A stretch of DNA of 64,000 bases. Origin: Octopus bimaculoides (lineage: Eukaryota). A program made the position numbers and the translations under genes. The stretch covers positions 66,379,504-66,443,503 of the forward strand of contig NC_068986.1 in NCBI RefSeq assembly GCF_001194135.2. The letters run 5' to 3'. Below, piece after piece: positions 1-12,526 of the stretch (positions within the stretch are counted from its first letter, which is position 1; each line of letters opens with the position of its first letter). A model generated the notes under the pieces. The model was given only the letters and a program-made list of their open reading frames with translations, was not told the DNA's origin and did not search any database.

Positions 1-373
1 TAGCCAATTGATAGATGTGTCGTGGGAAGGGGCAGAAGTCCACTGTTTGATGCTGCACTGTCTGGTCCATCTGTCAGTCGGTAAGGATAAGGGATATGGA
101 TGCAGCACATATCACAAGGCCCAAGAAAGTGGGAGGAAGGACCTACCGACTAAAACCAAATACTATTTATAGAAAGCAACAGCCATTGCTCAAAGTCCTG
201 GACAGATGTGACACCAGGCGGAACTTTTTTGTTTGTTTGTTTGTTTGTTTTGTTTTGTTGTGTTTTGTTTGTTTTCAAATTGGTGATATTATAGTCATCG
301 TTGCTGTCTTGTGTCATTGTCGTCATCATTTTACTGTCTCTTGCTGCCACATCAGCTGATATTTCTTTGCAGC
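1..373 (-). other. UBE2N: UBE2N 3' UTR (probably continues beyond the window start); contains a (TTTG)n-type tract at about 225-275
   Basis: Lies downstream of the stop on the minus strand; I saw no AATAAA on the sense strand in this interval. Confidence 0.6.
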
Positions 374-414
374 TCACACAGTATTCTGAGCATAAAGCTG
401 AGTCCATTCACGAG
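374..414 (-). CDS. UBE2N: UBE2N last coding exon (AREWTQLYAQNTV-stop)
   Basis: Acceptor ttttttcctgtAG, 41 nt, TGA at 376-374; resembles the Ubc13 C-terminus (A-R-x-W-T-x-L-Y-A). Confidence 0.93.
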
Positions 415-2553
415 CTACAGGAAAAAATACAATAAAATCCACAATAAATTAAAGAATTTTGACAATAACTGAATACTATAAATTCTTTGCGAAAATTTTT
501 TTAACTGGCAGTCTACTGAACATTTCAATTTCAGAGCTATTCAAGACCTCTCAAATCTCTTAAATTACTTCCTATATCTTGAAAAAACAATGGGCATGTT
601 AGACAACTTTGACATTTTAAACTAAGTTACAAAGAGCATATCCAACTGTCTCTGTAATGACAAAGGACTGCATGAAGATTGGAATGGGATTTAGGATTAA
701 ATAAGATTGAGCAACTCCAGGAATCCACCAAAATCTTTATACAATATATTTAAAAACATACAAATAACACATACAGAAAATACAAAGGTGAAATGCAACT
801 GAAACATCAAATATCATAAGATTGCAGCCTCGGTTTAGAATATACTACTCTTCAATAAAATAAGAGGATCAAATTTTTTTTTTTTTTTTAATATCTATCT
901 TCCACAGTACTCAATGTAGCAGCTTACAATTATTACAATAATTAACCAGCTCACATAATTCCACATACAGCCATTCACATTTGATTATATTGGCTGCTAA
1001 ATCATGACTAAACAACATAAGACATATTTAAATTCAAAACTTAAAATTTCTTTATGTGTATCTAACAGAACACACAATTTATTTCAATGCCATCCTTGTT
1101 TCAAAATATATCTAGACCGTAATTCCATCATGAATACAAACATTTAAATATGGATACAACACCGACTTACTGGACACTGATGGTCTAGAACTTCTTATAA
1201 TCTGCACAAATTTTTGAGCAGGAACTTTAAATTTCTGTGGCGGTCCGATTAGGTTTACTGGGCTGCTGTGTTTAATAGTACACTATTAATAAACTCGTAT
1301 CATTTATATTGATGTATAGATACTTGTATTTCATCTAATTATATAAATAAATTCAATACTTAATTTAGACGTGATCACTCCTATTGTGAAAAAAGTCAGT
1401 AATCCTGAAGTGTTCTGGAACCAAAGGTTCCACGAAATTGATGTACTTATATTTTGCTTTCATAACAGATAATCTACAAGTTGTTCTTGACACTATATGA
1501 AACAATACTTCTTTTCTAAATAATAATCTTCAGTGATTATCTGCCTACTAGTAATTTAAGCAGAATTACTTCAACTCCAGGACTAATGTACATCATTAGC
1601 CTTACTATCTCAACTAAACTATTGTTTCTCTTTAAAGTAACTATATTTTTGTATTTGGTCTTTCATGAATATCTCTGTGCCTTGTGCAAGTGTCTTCTAC
1701 TATACCTGGCCAACAAATGATTTGTGAGAGCATTTGGTAGACAGAAACTGTGTGGAAGTCGATCATGTATGAATACATATAGACACACAAACATGCATTT
1801 GTGTCTGTATTTACCACAGACACCACTTGACAATCCATGTTGGTTTGTTTACATCCTCTTGTAGTTCAGCAAAAGAAACCAATAGAATAAGTACTAGACT
1901 TAAGAATTTAAAACCTAAGTTGACTTGTTTGACTAAAACCACTCCAGATGGTGCTCCAGTCTAATGAGTGAAACAAGCAAACAATAAAAGATACCTTAAT
2001 TTCAATACTGATTTTTATATTCAACCTCTTAACCTTGAACAAAGTTTGAAAAACAAAAAAGATTTTTCAATAAGATAATTATTTTAAATTTCCTACACTA
2101 AAGTACTTTTGAAATGTTTTAAAAATCAAAAATTAAAATAATCACTAATTTCACAGTGTGAAGAAGGAAAAGGATATCAAAAAAAAAATTTATTCCAGAA
2201 TTCAGGTACAAATTAGTGCGGTTCTTGAAGCATCTTGCATAATAATACCATTTGGTAGTAGTTATTTTCTCTCTAGAAGCTATCAACTGAATTATAATCA
2301 AGCAATGCAAGATAAAGTGCCAGTCAATTATAGGATTCTGTCACTGCTTACAGTAGTAAACTGTCTATCACGACTGCTAAGAAGTCAAATGGACTGAACA
2401 GTCTTTACCACTACTTAAAGAAAAGAAAGCTACTCTTTCTCCAATATATTGGCTCATCCAGAAATGTATAAACATATTAAATTAAAATATAATGCACACA
2501 TATGGATCATAAAAATCTGAAGACAATATTGATAAAGAACTTGGTTAAGTCAC

Positions 2554-2694
2554 CTTTCTGAATTGCTGCTGCCTCATTTAGTTTCCATTGTTCTGCTACA
2601 TCATTTGCTAAGGGATCATCTGGGTTTGGGGCACTGAGTAGTGCTTGAATAGACAGAAGAACAGTACGAATCTGCAATGCTGGACTCCATTTAT
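2554..2694 (-). CDS. UBE2N: UBE2N coding exon 4 ([47 protein letters not shown])
   Basis: Acceptor aatgtttcAG, donor GTGACT, 141 nt; embedded in ORF-track entry 2507..2779. Confidence 0.97.
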
Positions 2695-3601
2695 CTGAAA
2701 CATTTAAAGTAATCATACAAAATAACTGAGAATGGCTGGTACTACAATAACAGTCGATTGGTAAACCAACAATAGTCAATGAAAATAAAGAAAATGTTAA
2801 AAATTTTTTAAATAGGTATGTTCATAATACACTGTAGGAATTTTATTTAATTAAACACCTAATCAATTTTCTCTTAAATTTACTTCAACTATTGTTGTGA
2901 TGTACCTACGTATAGTTACAACTGAGTGAGTATATCAACCAGAAAGGTATGCAAATGTAATACAGTTCCTCACAAAAAAAAAAAAGTAACAGCCACTTCA
3001 AACACACTAACATGAAAAAATGAATATAAAACAACAAGAAAATTTAAACAAAAAGCAATGGTTTTTGCTAGAACATCTGCTATAATTACATATGGTCTGA
3101 TATACAATATATTATTACATCCATTATACAATCAAGAATGACTTCTCTTATGTGAATACAATGAATGTTTGAAATATTGCCAGCAACCAAATTCATACAA
3201 ACACACATGGGCTAAAATAGTGATGAACACAAGATAAACTTGACCCCAAAAGCCAACCCTGTTATTCATTGTGTAAAATTAAATAATAAATATCAAATCT
3301 AATGTGCAAGATTCTGTCTAGCTCAACTGAAAAATAACCAAATATTCCCTAAAGTACTTGAAATTGTTGAGAAAATTATCAATAAAAAGCTTAAAAGAAG
3401 GATATACTTTTATGAAGTCTAACAAATTTAATGGTGTTATAAATTTAGTTTCAAATGTGTAATAGACTATAGGGGGTTCCTATAAGGTTGTTATCCACCC
3501 CTGATTGGAACTCTTCCGTATGACATGTACGCATGCTCAGTGACTTGCTTTAACTTCCGGCATCTATTTCTAGCATATAGAGTCCACTTTTGCTGGTCAT
3601 T

Positions 3602-3604
<3 letters not shown>

Positions 3605-3646
<42 letters not shown>

Positions 3647-3672
3647 CGTGTGTGCGTGTGCGTGCGTGCGTG
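3605..3672. repeat. (GT)n/(GCGT)n microsatellite inside the SAP element
   Basis: Read directly from the sequence. Confidence 0.95.
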
Positions 3673-3785
3673 TTTTTTTTGATTGATTAAATAATAAATT
3701 TACATCATTGAATCTAATATTCCTCTAATTATTAGACTTTATAGTGTGACTGTCTCTTCTACACCTCATCATGCTCATGGCCAAA

Positions 3786-4067
3786 TCAGTGAATGGTTGC
3801 TGAAAGCACATTGGGCAATACTTCACCAAGAGGAGATATAAGCTTCTGCTTATTCCTGTCTGAAGTATCGTCCGATACTTCAGACTTATCATCCGGTGAA
3901 TTTACTTTGTTGACATTCTTCATCGACAGAATTTTTATACCTTTCAACCTTTCAATCAAGTCCACCTTTCTTCCAGTAACATACTGTCCATATAATCTTA
4001 AATATTTCTTTAACTCAGGCACAGTAAGTACTTCGATAGCTGAATCATCAAGCTGCTTTATATCCAT
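3786..4067 (-). pseudogene. 93-aa ORF with N-terminal SAP DNA-binding motif; probably a truncated transposon gene
   Basis: LTVPELKKYLRLYGQYVTGRKVDLIERL fits the SAP consensus LTVxELKxxLxxxGLxxxGxKxDLIxRL. The ORF is open with an ATG and lies inside the TIR element. Confidence 0.7.
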
Positions 4068-4331
4068 GATAAGACGTAAAACAATAACAATGGCGGGGAT
4101 AGTCTGCGGAAGTTTAATTGTCTACATGTAGCGCCGCCTAGCCAAGGGAGATAACCTACTTATAGGAAAGCCCTATAGTCATGTATAAATTTGAATTTAA
4201 ATCATCCCCAAGTCTTAATTGCTTCAGTCCAAAACTATATCTGGCATTTTCAAAGTTATGAATACTATTAACTGATAGATCAGTGACAAACACCGAAGCT
4301 GCTAGGAGTTTATATTTAATATAACACATCA

Positions 4332-4563
4332 TTAATCCTTTACCATTTAAACCAGCCTTATGCAGCCAAAATATACTACTTGCTTTATATTCAGATTGGA
4401 CAGATCTGCCCTGACCAACACACACACCTACCCTACAATGTCATTCTAAAAATAAACTACCCCATCATAAAAATCTTGAAGCTATAGAATAATGCGTGAT
4501 TAACTCAAATCAATGAGAACAAGCACTGCATTTAACAGAATAATCTGAATGCTAAAGTGTTAA
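4332..4563. mobile_element. piggyBac-type MITE (TTAA-flanked, about 220 bp), copy 1
   Basis: TTAA-tcctttaccatt...aatgctaaagtg-TTAA; the same internal sequence recurs at 6505, 22661 and 25065. Confidence 0.7.
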
Positions 4564-4868
4564 TATTTAAAGAAAAATCCATCAGAAATTCTTCAAAGCT
4601 AGTAATAATTTTATGAGATATGATAATCTTATTTCCTTTGACATTATAAAAATACAATCACCACAAATATATCAAGGTAGAATCCTTGCACTATACCCTC
4701 TCTAACTCAATACACATGTTAAAGCTCATATGATCTCTCATAGTAACTCAATATACAAAACCAAGTTTGCATTTCCAAAAACTAGACAGTTACTGACTCT
4801 CTATAAGGCACAAGTGGAACATTAGATATCTAAAACATTGCAGCTGCTATATACATAAACATACTACC

Positions 4869-5015
4869 TCATCATCATTTAACATCTGCTTTCTATGCCA
4901 GCAAAGGTTGGATAGTTCGGCAGGAACTGATGAGCCAGAAGATTGCACTGAACTCTAATGCCTGCTTTGACATGGTTTCTGTGGTTGGATGCCCATCATA
5001 ATGCCAACCACTTTA
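4869..5015 (-). mobile_element. Short RTE-tail-type repeat (same family as 27650-27848)
   Basis: catcatcatttaac...ggatgccc...gccaaccacttt. Further copies at about 30800-31250 (-), 32688-32990 (-), 50820-51020 (+), 51200-51400 (+) and 60440-60620 (+). Confidence 0.65.
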
Positions 5016-5599
5016 ACATATAAAAGTAAAATAAATGATTCACCTCACTACAACCAATAGCCCACAGATGTAGTGTTTCATTTTGTTAACACTTTTACTT
5101 TCACTAAAATAGTGTTCTGCTCCTCTGAACCAGCAAGCTGCTCACTATTGTTGTCCAAACCTACAACATGCTCTCATCTGTATATCTCTCCCAGAACTCT
5201 GCATTAAATAAGTTTCCCAATCAATCTTTCCCAGAAGTGCAGCTCTTGTCAATTTTATTGCAGCTTATGTTTTTCATACAAGCATCAATCTATTTTTCAG
5301 TTGAACATAAACCAAACCAATCCCCCTATCAACCTGGAGAAGACCTAAAAAAAAAAGAAGGTGGGGGGTCACAAACATCCTTACTCCTTCAACTAAACAA
5401 ACATCATTGGCCACAAGAGCTCAAGCACACAATACAAAAATATGTCCTACAAAAAAGGGGGAGTGCAGAATGTCATGCCATATATATAACAAATGGAAGG
5501 GTGGCAACAATGTAATATATTAAGACAAGTTAAAGGTTTAGTACAGAAAATAAATATAGTTTACCTACCTATATATGAGTGAGAAGCATTTATGTAGGT

Positions 5600-6150
5600 C
5601 GATCAAAACGCCCACAAGACTGACCACTCCAACCAACTTCTACAAATTAGGTTCACCAAATTTGCCTGCCAACATCCTTAGTTTTGACTGATTCTCAAAG
5701 TTTTTCACAACAGCACATCTTTAGCTGCTGTCAGACTTCTTGTGTAGGGTTTTTACCAAAAATGTATCATATTAGTGTTCAATGTACTAATCACCTTCTC
5801 AATAATCAAAATATGCTTTTGCTCCTCTTCAGCTTAATCTGCATCAAGTTCTCATTACTGTAGGTCAAATACCTTTCTGTAGAGGATTTCAAGCAGCCTG
5901 TTTGTTTTTTAAACAAGGACCATTCGTTTCCTTTTGTACTCCCCACAGCAGTTTCCTACCTTTCTCCAAGCTACATTTCCACTCCATTATCTCAAGACAA
6001 TTCTAACCGCTACACAGAGCCACTTGCTAGCCTTATGCATTTGTGAGTTCTCAGTACTCTACTTCATCGCCCACCACCTTTCCCACTGTACTGGTGACAC
6101 TGAGGCCAGGACAATTCCACCTGTCTTTTCTTTCACTCTAACTACCGATG
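5600..6150 (-). mobile_element. Highly degraded LINE endonuclease (APE)-like remnant
   Basis: The minus strand near 5660 translates to LRMLAGKFGEPNL, resembling the APE motif ILxGDFNxP; the surrounding frame is broken. Confidence 0.3.
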
Positions 6151-6504
6151 GAACTGCAACTGGTGGTACTCTGCAAATAACAGTAGCAGCTGACACAGTC
6201 TTCATTCACCCCTGACGCCTGCCTCTGTGGTTGTTATTGCTGCCTTTGCTGTCTAGTTTCGTTTTAACACTTTTGGACAGAAAGCCCTCAAGTGGTTTTT
6301 ACTGGGTTTTCTGCCCTGCACTTCTAGTCTAACTGACTATTTCTCTTCTCTCGCAAAGAGTTACACTCCAAATAGGATATGGGTAAATGTTGAGTATGAA
6401 AGTACGAGGTACCATTGCACTCAACAGTTTCCCATTGTGTGCCACAAAGATAAGCCAAAAGTCAACATTAGTACCAATATCTCTGGACAAAACCTACCTT
6501 TTTC

Positions 6505-6710
6505 TTAACTGAATAGCATTCAAAATGACCATATCTGGCCAAAACATTCTAACCAGCCAGATCCAGCCTCTCACACATACCCTAAAACATCATTCTAAAA
6601 ATAGTCACATCATCAAAATCTCAAAACTGCAATATAATGCATGATTAATTCAAAATCATATGAATAAATAAGCATGAGGTTTGACAGTAATCTGAATACT
6701 AAGGGGTTAA
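6505..6710. mobile_element. piggyBac-type MITE, copy 2 (degenerate left end)
   Basis: Shared internal sequence (ccagatccagcctctcaca...gcatgattaattcaaa) and right end aatactaaggggTTAA. Confidence 0.6.
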
Positions 6711-6978
6711 AGTAGTCCTAGAAGAAAATACCTCCAAAGTGGAGTTTTGTGAAGACACATCAACAGCAAACCACATAGGTTCATGTCTAGACATTTTGTG
6801 GGAAGGGAGTAGTCAATTATATCACCTGCAGAAGTTGAATTTGGATGGACTTAGAATCAGAACCTGATGGATGAACAAGGGTCTTGTCTAACGCTACTGA
6901 TTCTACCAATTTACTTCTCTAATAATAATAATAAACTCTGATATTGGCACAAAACAACAATAATAAATAAACGCTTAC

Positions 6979-7123
6979 CTTTTAGAATATCTAGACATAT
7001 CCTGCCAAGTTTATCTATATTTGGATGATATATTTTTGTCAGAAATCTCACTTTTGGTGCTGACATAGGATATTCTTCCGGAAGAAAGAGTTCTAGATTA
7101 AAAACACCTCCCTCATATGGAGA
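6979..7123 (-). CDS. UBE2N: UBE2N coding exon 3 ([48 protein letters not shown]), with HPN and catalytic Cys87
   Basis: Acceptor tttttcttccAG, donor GTAAG, 145 nt; contains the UBC core motifs. Confidence 0.97.
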
Positions 7124-7531
7124 CTGGAAGAAAAATCAAAAAGTTAAGATTAAATAATATTAAAATTGGAGATATAATAAAAAAATATTGGTTTCAATAT
7201 ATCCTGTAACAATAATTTAGCTATAGTTCAATAGCCTTATTCTACATTGATCTTTTCTAACTGCATAACTTACAAGGGTTCTTACATTCTTATTACAAGC
7301 CCCCACCACACAGGTTTCTCTTACACTGTGTCATAGTCATTAGTAATAAATCTCAGTCTACTCTCATTATAAATCCACTAAACAAAATTACTTTGAAAGG
7401 AATGAAAAATTAAAATATTTAGCTCCATAAATACCACTTTTTCTCTCCCTTGTTAAGCTTATTTCATAAGATTTCACCTTTCCTAGGTACGTATGTAACT
7501 AATTTCTTTTATCACCTAGTGAAGAAAGGGC

Positions 7532-7590
<59 letters not shown>

Positions 7591-7627
7591 NNNNNNNNNN
7601 AGAGAGAGAGAGAGAGAGAGAGAGAGA
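7532..7627. repeat. (GA)n microsatellite with a 10-N gap
   Basis: Read directly from the sequence. Confidence 0.95.
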
Positions 7628-7683
7628 CAAAATAAAAATAGTGTAATAGATGTAAAACGACTTGCTCTGAAAGTATATCAAGA

Positions 7684-7718
<35 letters not shown>

Positions 7719-8791
7719 ACATTAGTCTAAATTCATGATTATTTTAGAATTTAATTGAAACTCATGAGGGGTGTATTTTGGTCAGAAATATTGTAATGAA
7801 AGGGTTAACCCAAATGCAAGCTTAGGAAATTTCAGAGATGTAGCAATTTCTTGTTAAAGAAATGCAGAAGTATCCCTACCACAATAAGAATTTTCATCTA
7901 GACACATTCCACTAAAAGTGAAGACAAAAGACCAAGTAGGTAAGGCACTGAAATACCAGCATATGGTTGAAAGTTCAAATTCACTGCAGATGTTTTAGCA
8001 TCTCTCACAAAAATATTTGCCAGGTTTATGAATATGCATTTTTTAATATAAAAACATGGCTGTGATTTCCACAACATTTAATTTAACAGAAAAGTTCTAT
8101 ATTGACACCAGTGCACAACTGGTACTTACCCTGAAAGGACGAAAGGTAAAGCTGACCCCAACAATGTTTGAACTAAGAACATAAAGATGGATGAAATGCT
8201 CCTAAGCATTTTGCCCAGTGTGTTAATAGTTCTGCCATTAAAGCTAACTAAACATCCATTGTAATGCTTAAAAAAATTTTAAAAATCAGTGAAAATACAG
8301 TATTTTCTGGCAAACAAGTCAAATTTCGAAGGGCCATGAATTCCATTTAAAATGCAGCAGGATTTGGAAAGATAGTAATGTTTGAATGTTTACACAACAT
8401 ACTACATTGACTTATTGTTGTTTATAAATGAACGTGTGTACAGAATGCATACAGTCTCGTAACTGGCATTTTTTTTACATGCTGTAGTAGTCATCTCATT
8501 TTATGTTTAGGAGTGTCAATATATTTTATGTTAATATGTTGTATATGTCTCATAACAATAGTGTATTGTAGAAAGCACAAGTCTGATAAACCAAAACATT
8601 CATTTTGAGTTTGAATTTTATGGGTTTAAAAGCGAGTGTGATAGATACTCAGTGTATTGTGTGATAAGGACTATTGGCTACTCAGTGTGTTGTGTGACAA
8701 AGACTATTGGCTTCTCACAATGCACTAGTGAGATCTCCAAAAAAAGTAGGGGGCTAACAAAATGATGAATTTACAGCACACACAGAATATA

Positions 8792-10026
8792 TCAGGTCAT
8801 TAAGAATGAAATGTACGATTTTGAACTGAAAGTTTATTTTATTTTATCTCAACAAAATGCACCTAAATTACCAACACAATTTTGCCATTTTATCAGTAGC
8901 TTATTTATACTGGCAGAGAAGAATTCTGGAGAGCAAGATGTGATGAAATCACAAAAGGCTGCTTTTGCATCTTCAGATTTGAAGTTATTTTTCCTTGTAA
9001 AAAGTTGTCTTATGCCTGGAAAACATAATAATCAGTTGGTGCAAGGTCTGGTGAATATGGTGGATGACAGAGCACTTCCAAGTTCAGTTCCTGTAACTTG
9101 AGTAGCATTCTTTGTACAACATGTAGTTGAGCATAGTCTTACCAGAGAATTGGCCTGTCACTATTGACCAATCTCAGTTGTTTAATTGCAAGTTCACTCA
9201 TCATTTCATCCAATTGGTTGATGTATACATCTGATGTAATTGACTTACCAGGTCTCAGGAAACTGTTAGGGATGACACCAGTGCTGAACCACTGAACTTT
9301 TTTTGATGAATATTCTTTTTTGGATTGTGTTTTGGCACTTCATCACTATCCAACCACTTTGCAGAACACTTGCTATTGTTGAAAAGAATCCATTTTTCAT
9401 CACAAGTGACAATACAATGCAAAAATGGTTCACTTTTATGCTGTGTGAGCAAAGAATGGCAAGTTTCAAGACGTGTTATTTGATGCTCATTCAGTTCGTG
9501 TGGTACCCACCTGTCTAGCTTCTTTACCTTGCTGATTTGTTTCAGATGGTCCAATACAGTTGGAATCGAAACAACAAACCTTGCTGTTAACTCACGTGTA
9601 GTTTGAAATATATCCATTTCCACTACAGTTTCCAGCTCATCATTTCCCACCTTTGTCTCAGGTCTACCACGGGGCTGATTTTCAAGAGTAAAGTTACCAG
9701 ACCGGAACTCCTCAAACCATCGATGTACAGTGCACACATTCACCACATCTTCACCAAACAACTCATTGATGTTTCGAGCTGTCTGGAATGCATTGGTTCC
9801 ATGACAGAACTCATTAATAAACAATACAAATTTTTTATCTATCCATGGGTTCACAAAAATTGATTTACAAGAGAAAACTCACAATATAAGACACCATGAA
9901 TTGCATTTCGTAAAGTGATGCTGTAACTCTTCAATGTTGTAAAACAGAAATTGTCAGGATAAAACAGTTAACGACTCTCAAACATGGTGCATAAGAAAAT
10001 TGGACATTTCATTCTTAATGACCTGA
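8792..10026 (-). mobile_element. Full-length but inactivated mariner transposon (1235 bp, DD34D type)
   Basis: 31-bp TIRs TCAGGTCATTAAGAATGAAATGT(A/C)C(G/A)ATTTT (29/31 identical) with TA on both flanks. ORF 9255..9854 has the HTH region, WVPHEL and VTCDEKW. HPPYSPDLAPTDY is read on the minus strand near 9030-9070. Frameshifts and stops are present. Confidence 0.95.
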
Positions 10027-11585
10027 TAGTAAACAAAACTGAACAATATACAATCCACTCACAGGCACCACACATAGTCAAATAAAAGAATGAACATTAG
10101 TGTTCAAACAATATATAAGATCTATCAATGGATCATCTAAGTACTATGGTACACCTCATGTCCCTGTAGCTGCAGATGAATTATGCCTACAGGCAACCTA
10201 TATAAAGAAACGAAAATACTCAAAATGAAAGACTAAATGTTTAGTAAATTGAAACTTAGGCAAAAAAAAAATTTTTTTAAATTAATTATTGAATTTACAC
10301 TATCAAAAAGGAGAGATTAAATTGTGATCCAAAATCACATGACAATTTTGTTTATCAATTTGAAAATTAATCATACAAGAAAATAATGTTACATCTTTGA
10401 AACATAATATTTAGTATCCAAATCAGTTTGTATAAAATTAAAGCCCCAAACTAACTGCTAATCTAGATGGCTTTTATTAACAGAAGAAAAAGAAAGGAAA
10501 ACAATGATTTGGAGACAAGCTTAAAGAAAAACAGTCAGTTTTAAATAGCAGCTTAGCAAAATATTAACATTAGCTAAATCTTGATGACAAAATAAATTCA
10601 GTATGGTTACATTAGAATCCTTCATAACAGTTTTACTAACTATTCTTGTTCAAAGAAGTCACCTAAATGTGTCTCCTTTTGAATGAGTTTACATAACTAA
10701 TCTCTTCATTCAAGGCCACAGTATGCAGATCAATACTCATTGCTTCCAATAATATATCTTCATCATTCAAAACACCGGTACATACAATATTAACTCCAAC
10801 ATCAGTTTTATAAGCACTTTTTTTTTTTTTTTACTGTGGTATAGATTAAATATCCATCGAAAGTAAGCTGCTAAAATAAAAAGACCATTAAGATAGTCTA
10901 AAGAGGTTGTATTCTGAAACCTACACAACCTCTGCAACATGTCCAACTCCAGCATTTCAAATGTTACCAAACCTTTTCAAACCTCATATGGTAAGGAATA
11001 TAAATATAGCCACACACATTATACAAACATGTTTGTTCAGTTCCCCATGTTTTTCAATGCTGGCATGGGTTACACTATATTTATTGAGGAACATCTACAA
11101 TTAGATGCTCTTCCTGTTGCTAAACTTTACCTATTTTTCAAGTCAGATATTTTTTCACTCCACTAGTCTAAACACATTGATAACCAAAACTATGGGTCTT
11201 TGGCTTAGTGGTGAATGTAAACAAAGACATGAATTTCATGTAAGTGGTGTTAATAAGGACACAAAGAATGGCATTTACATGTGCATGCATGCATTCATGT
11301 ATGCACACACAATGGGTTTCCATCTTCTGATGCTACTCAAAAGTAAACTAGAATATGCCAGAATAATGTGCCAAACCTAGAATCATGAACTTCATAACGA
11401 CAACTACAAATAAAGTTATAAATAATAAGAGAAAATATGATAAATTTTATCATAGTATTTCTCTTGTTATTTATAATTTTATACACTCCTTATGTTTTTC
11501 TCTTCAATTGTATTATATATTTTATGTTTTGTAGAATGATACACTGGATTAGTTGAATCTATATATTGTGACTTAAATATATACA

Positions 11586-11623
<38 letters not shown>

Positions 11624-11647
11624 AACATCATCAGTTGCGCATATATA

Positions 11648-12124
11648 GTGTTTTATTTAAACGCCCATTTGCTGCAGGACAACATCCAGGGGAAACTCCT
11701 TACATGACACCAAGTGCCTTATACCAGGCGAAACAACCTGCCCCGAAATGATCAAGAATGGTAGATACCGATATTTTGTCACTATTGTGGCTTATGAACA
11801 GCCTGTACTCAGATCACCTTGAAATGAAAAGAATTGCTGATTTAGAACTTTGCTGTGGGACAGCATCCAGGGAAGGTCCTCTACACAACAGCAAGTGTTA
11901 AAATCGAGTATCCTAGACCAGTGATTCTTTTCGCTTCAGGGTGATCTGAGTAGATGGAATTGATAAGTCACAATAATGGTGAAATATCAGTACCTACCAT
12001 TCTCGACCACTTCGGGGCAGATTGTCTCACCTGGACTAAGACACTTGCTCTCTAACACTAAAAGTCATTGGCAGCTTTCTCCAGACACTCTGTCTCACAG
12101 AAAACGGGCATTTAAACAAAACAC
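11648..12124. repeat. Long imperfect fold-back (inverted repeat) of about 480 bp
   Basis: 11711-11839 pairs without gaps to 11919-12047 (102/129 Watson-Crick by manual count). Outer arms gtgttttatttaaacgccc and gggcatttaaacaaaacac also pair. Confidence 0.85.
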
Positions 12125-12526
12125 ATGCATGATGTGTGTGCAACCAATGTTTATATTACTAGAGCTGCTTTTAAGAGTGAGTGCGCGCGCGCGTGTGCGT
12201 GAAAAGGTTGAATGCAGATTCGCCCTTTAATTTTGGAGGTTTCCAAAACAGATTTCTAATGTTGATTCTTCATACTTTGCTGGTAGTTTACAGACGTAAA
12301 TTCACGAAGCTATGAAAGTAATACTTGTATATAAATGTATGGTGAATTTATGGAAAGAAGTCCCATAAAACTCATCAATTTATTTAAAAATGGAGGAGAC
12401 AAGTTGTTAAAATATATAAGAAGTTAATTCTTGCAGACTATCGTTTCGTACAGAGATATGGAAATAAAATACAATGAACTTGGGAAGGAAAAGAGCAGAA
12501 AAATTGAATCTAGGAGATTCATATTT

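Larger units (their letters stand above)
3472..4173 (-). mobile_element. Non-autonomous TIR DNA element (702 bp) with TATA duplication, carrying a truncated SAP-domain ORF
   Basis: Left end GGGGGTTCCTATAAGGTTGTTATC (3472-3495) versus reverse complement of right end GGGCTTTCCTATAAGTAGGTTATC (4150-4173): 19/24 identical. TATA at 3468-3471 and 4174-4177. Confidence 0.75.

Noticed and set aside
150-407. 85-aa minus-strand ORF overlapping the UBE2N end
   Set aside because: It is in a different frame from the true last exon, lies mostly in the 3' UTR and is driven by a (CAAA)n tract.
2507-2779. 90-aa ORF as a standalone gene
   Set aside because: It is UBE2N exon 4 plus read-through into flanking intron sequence.
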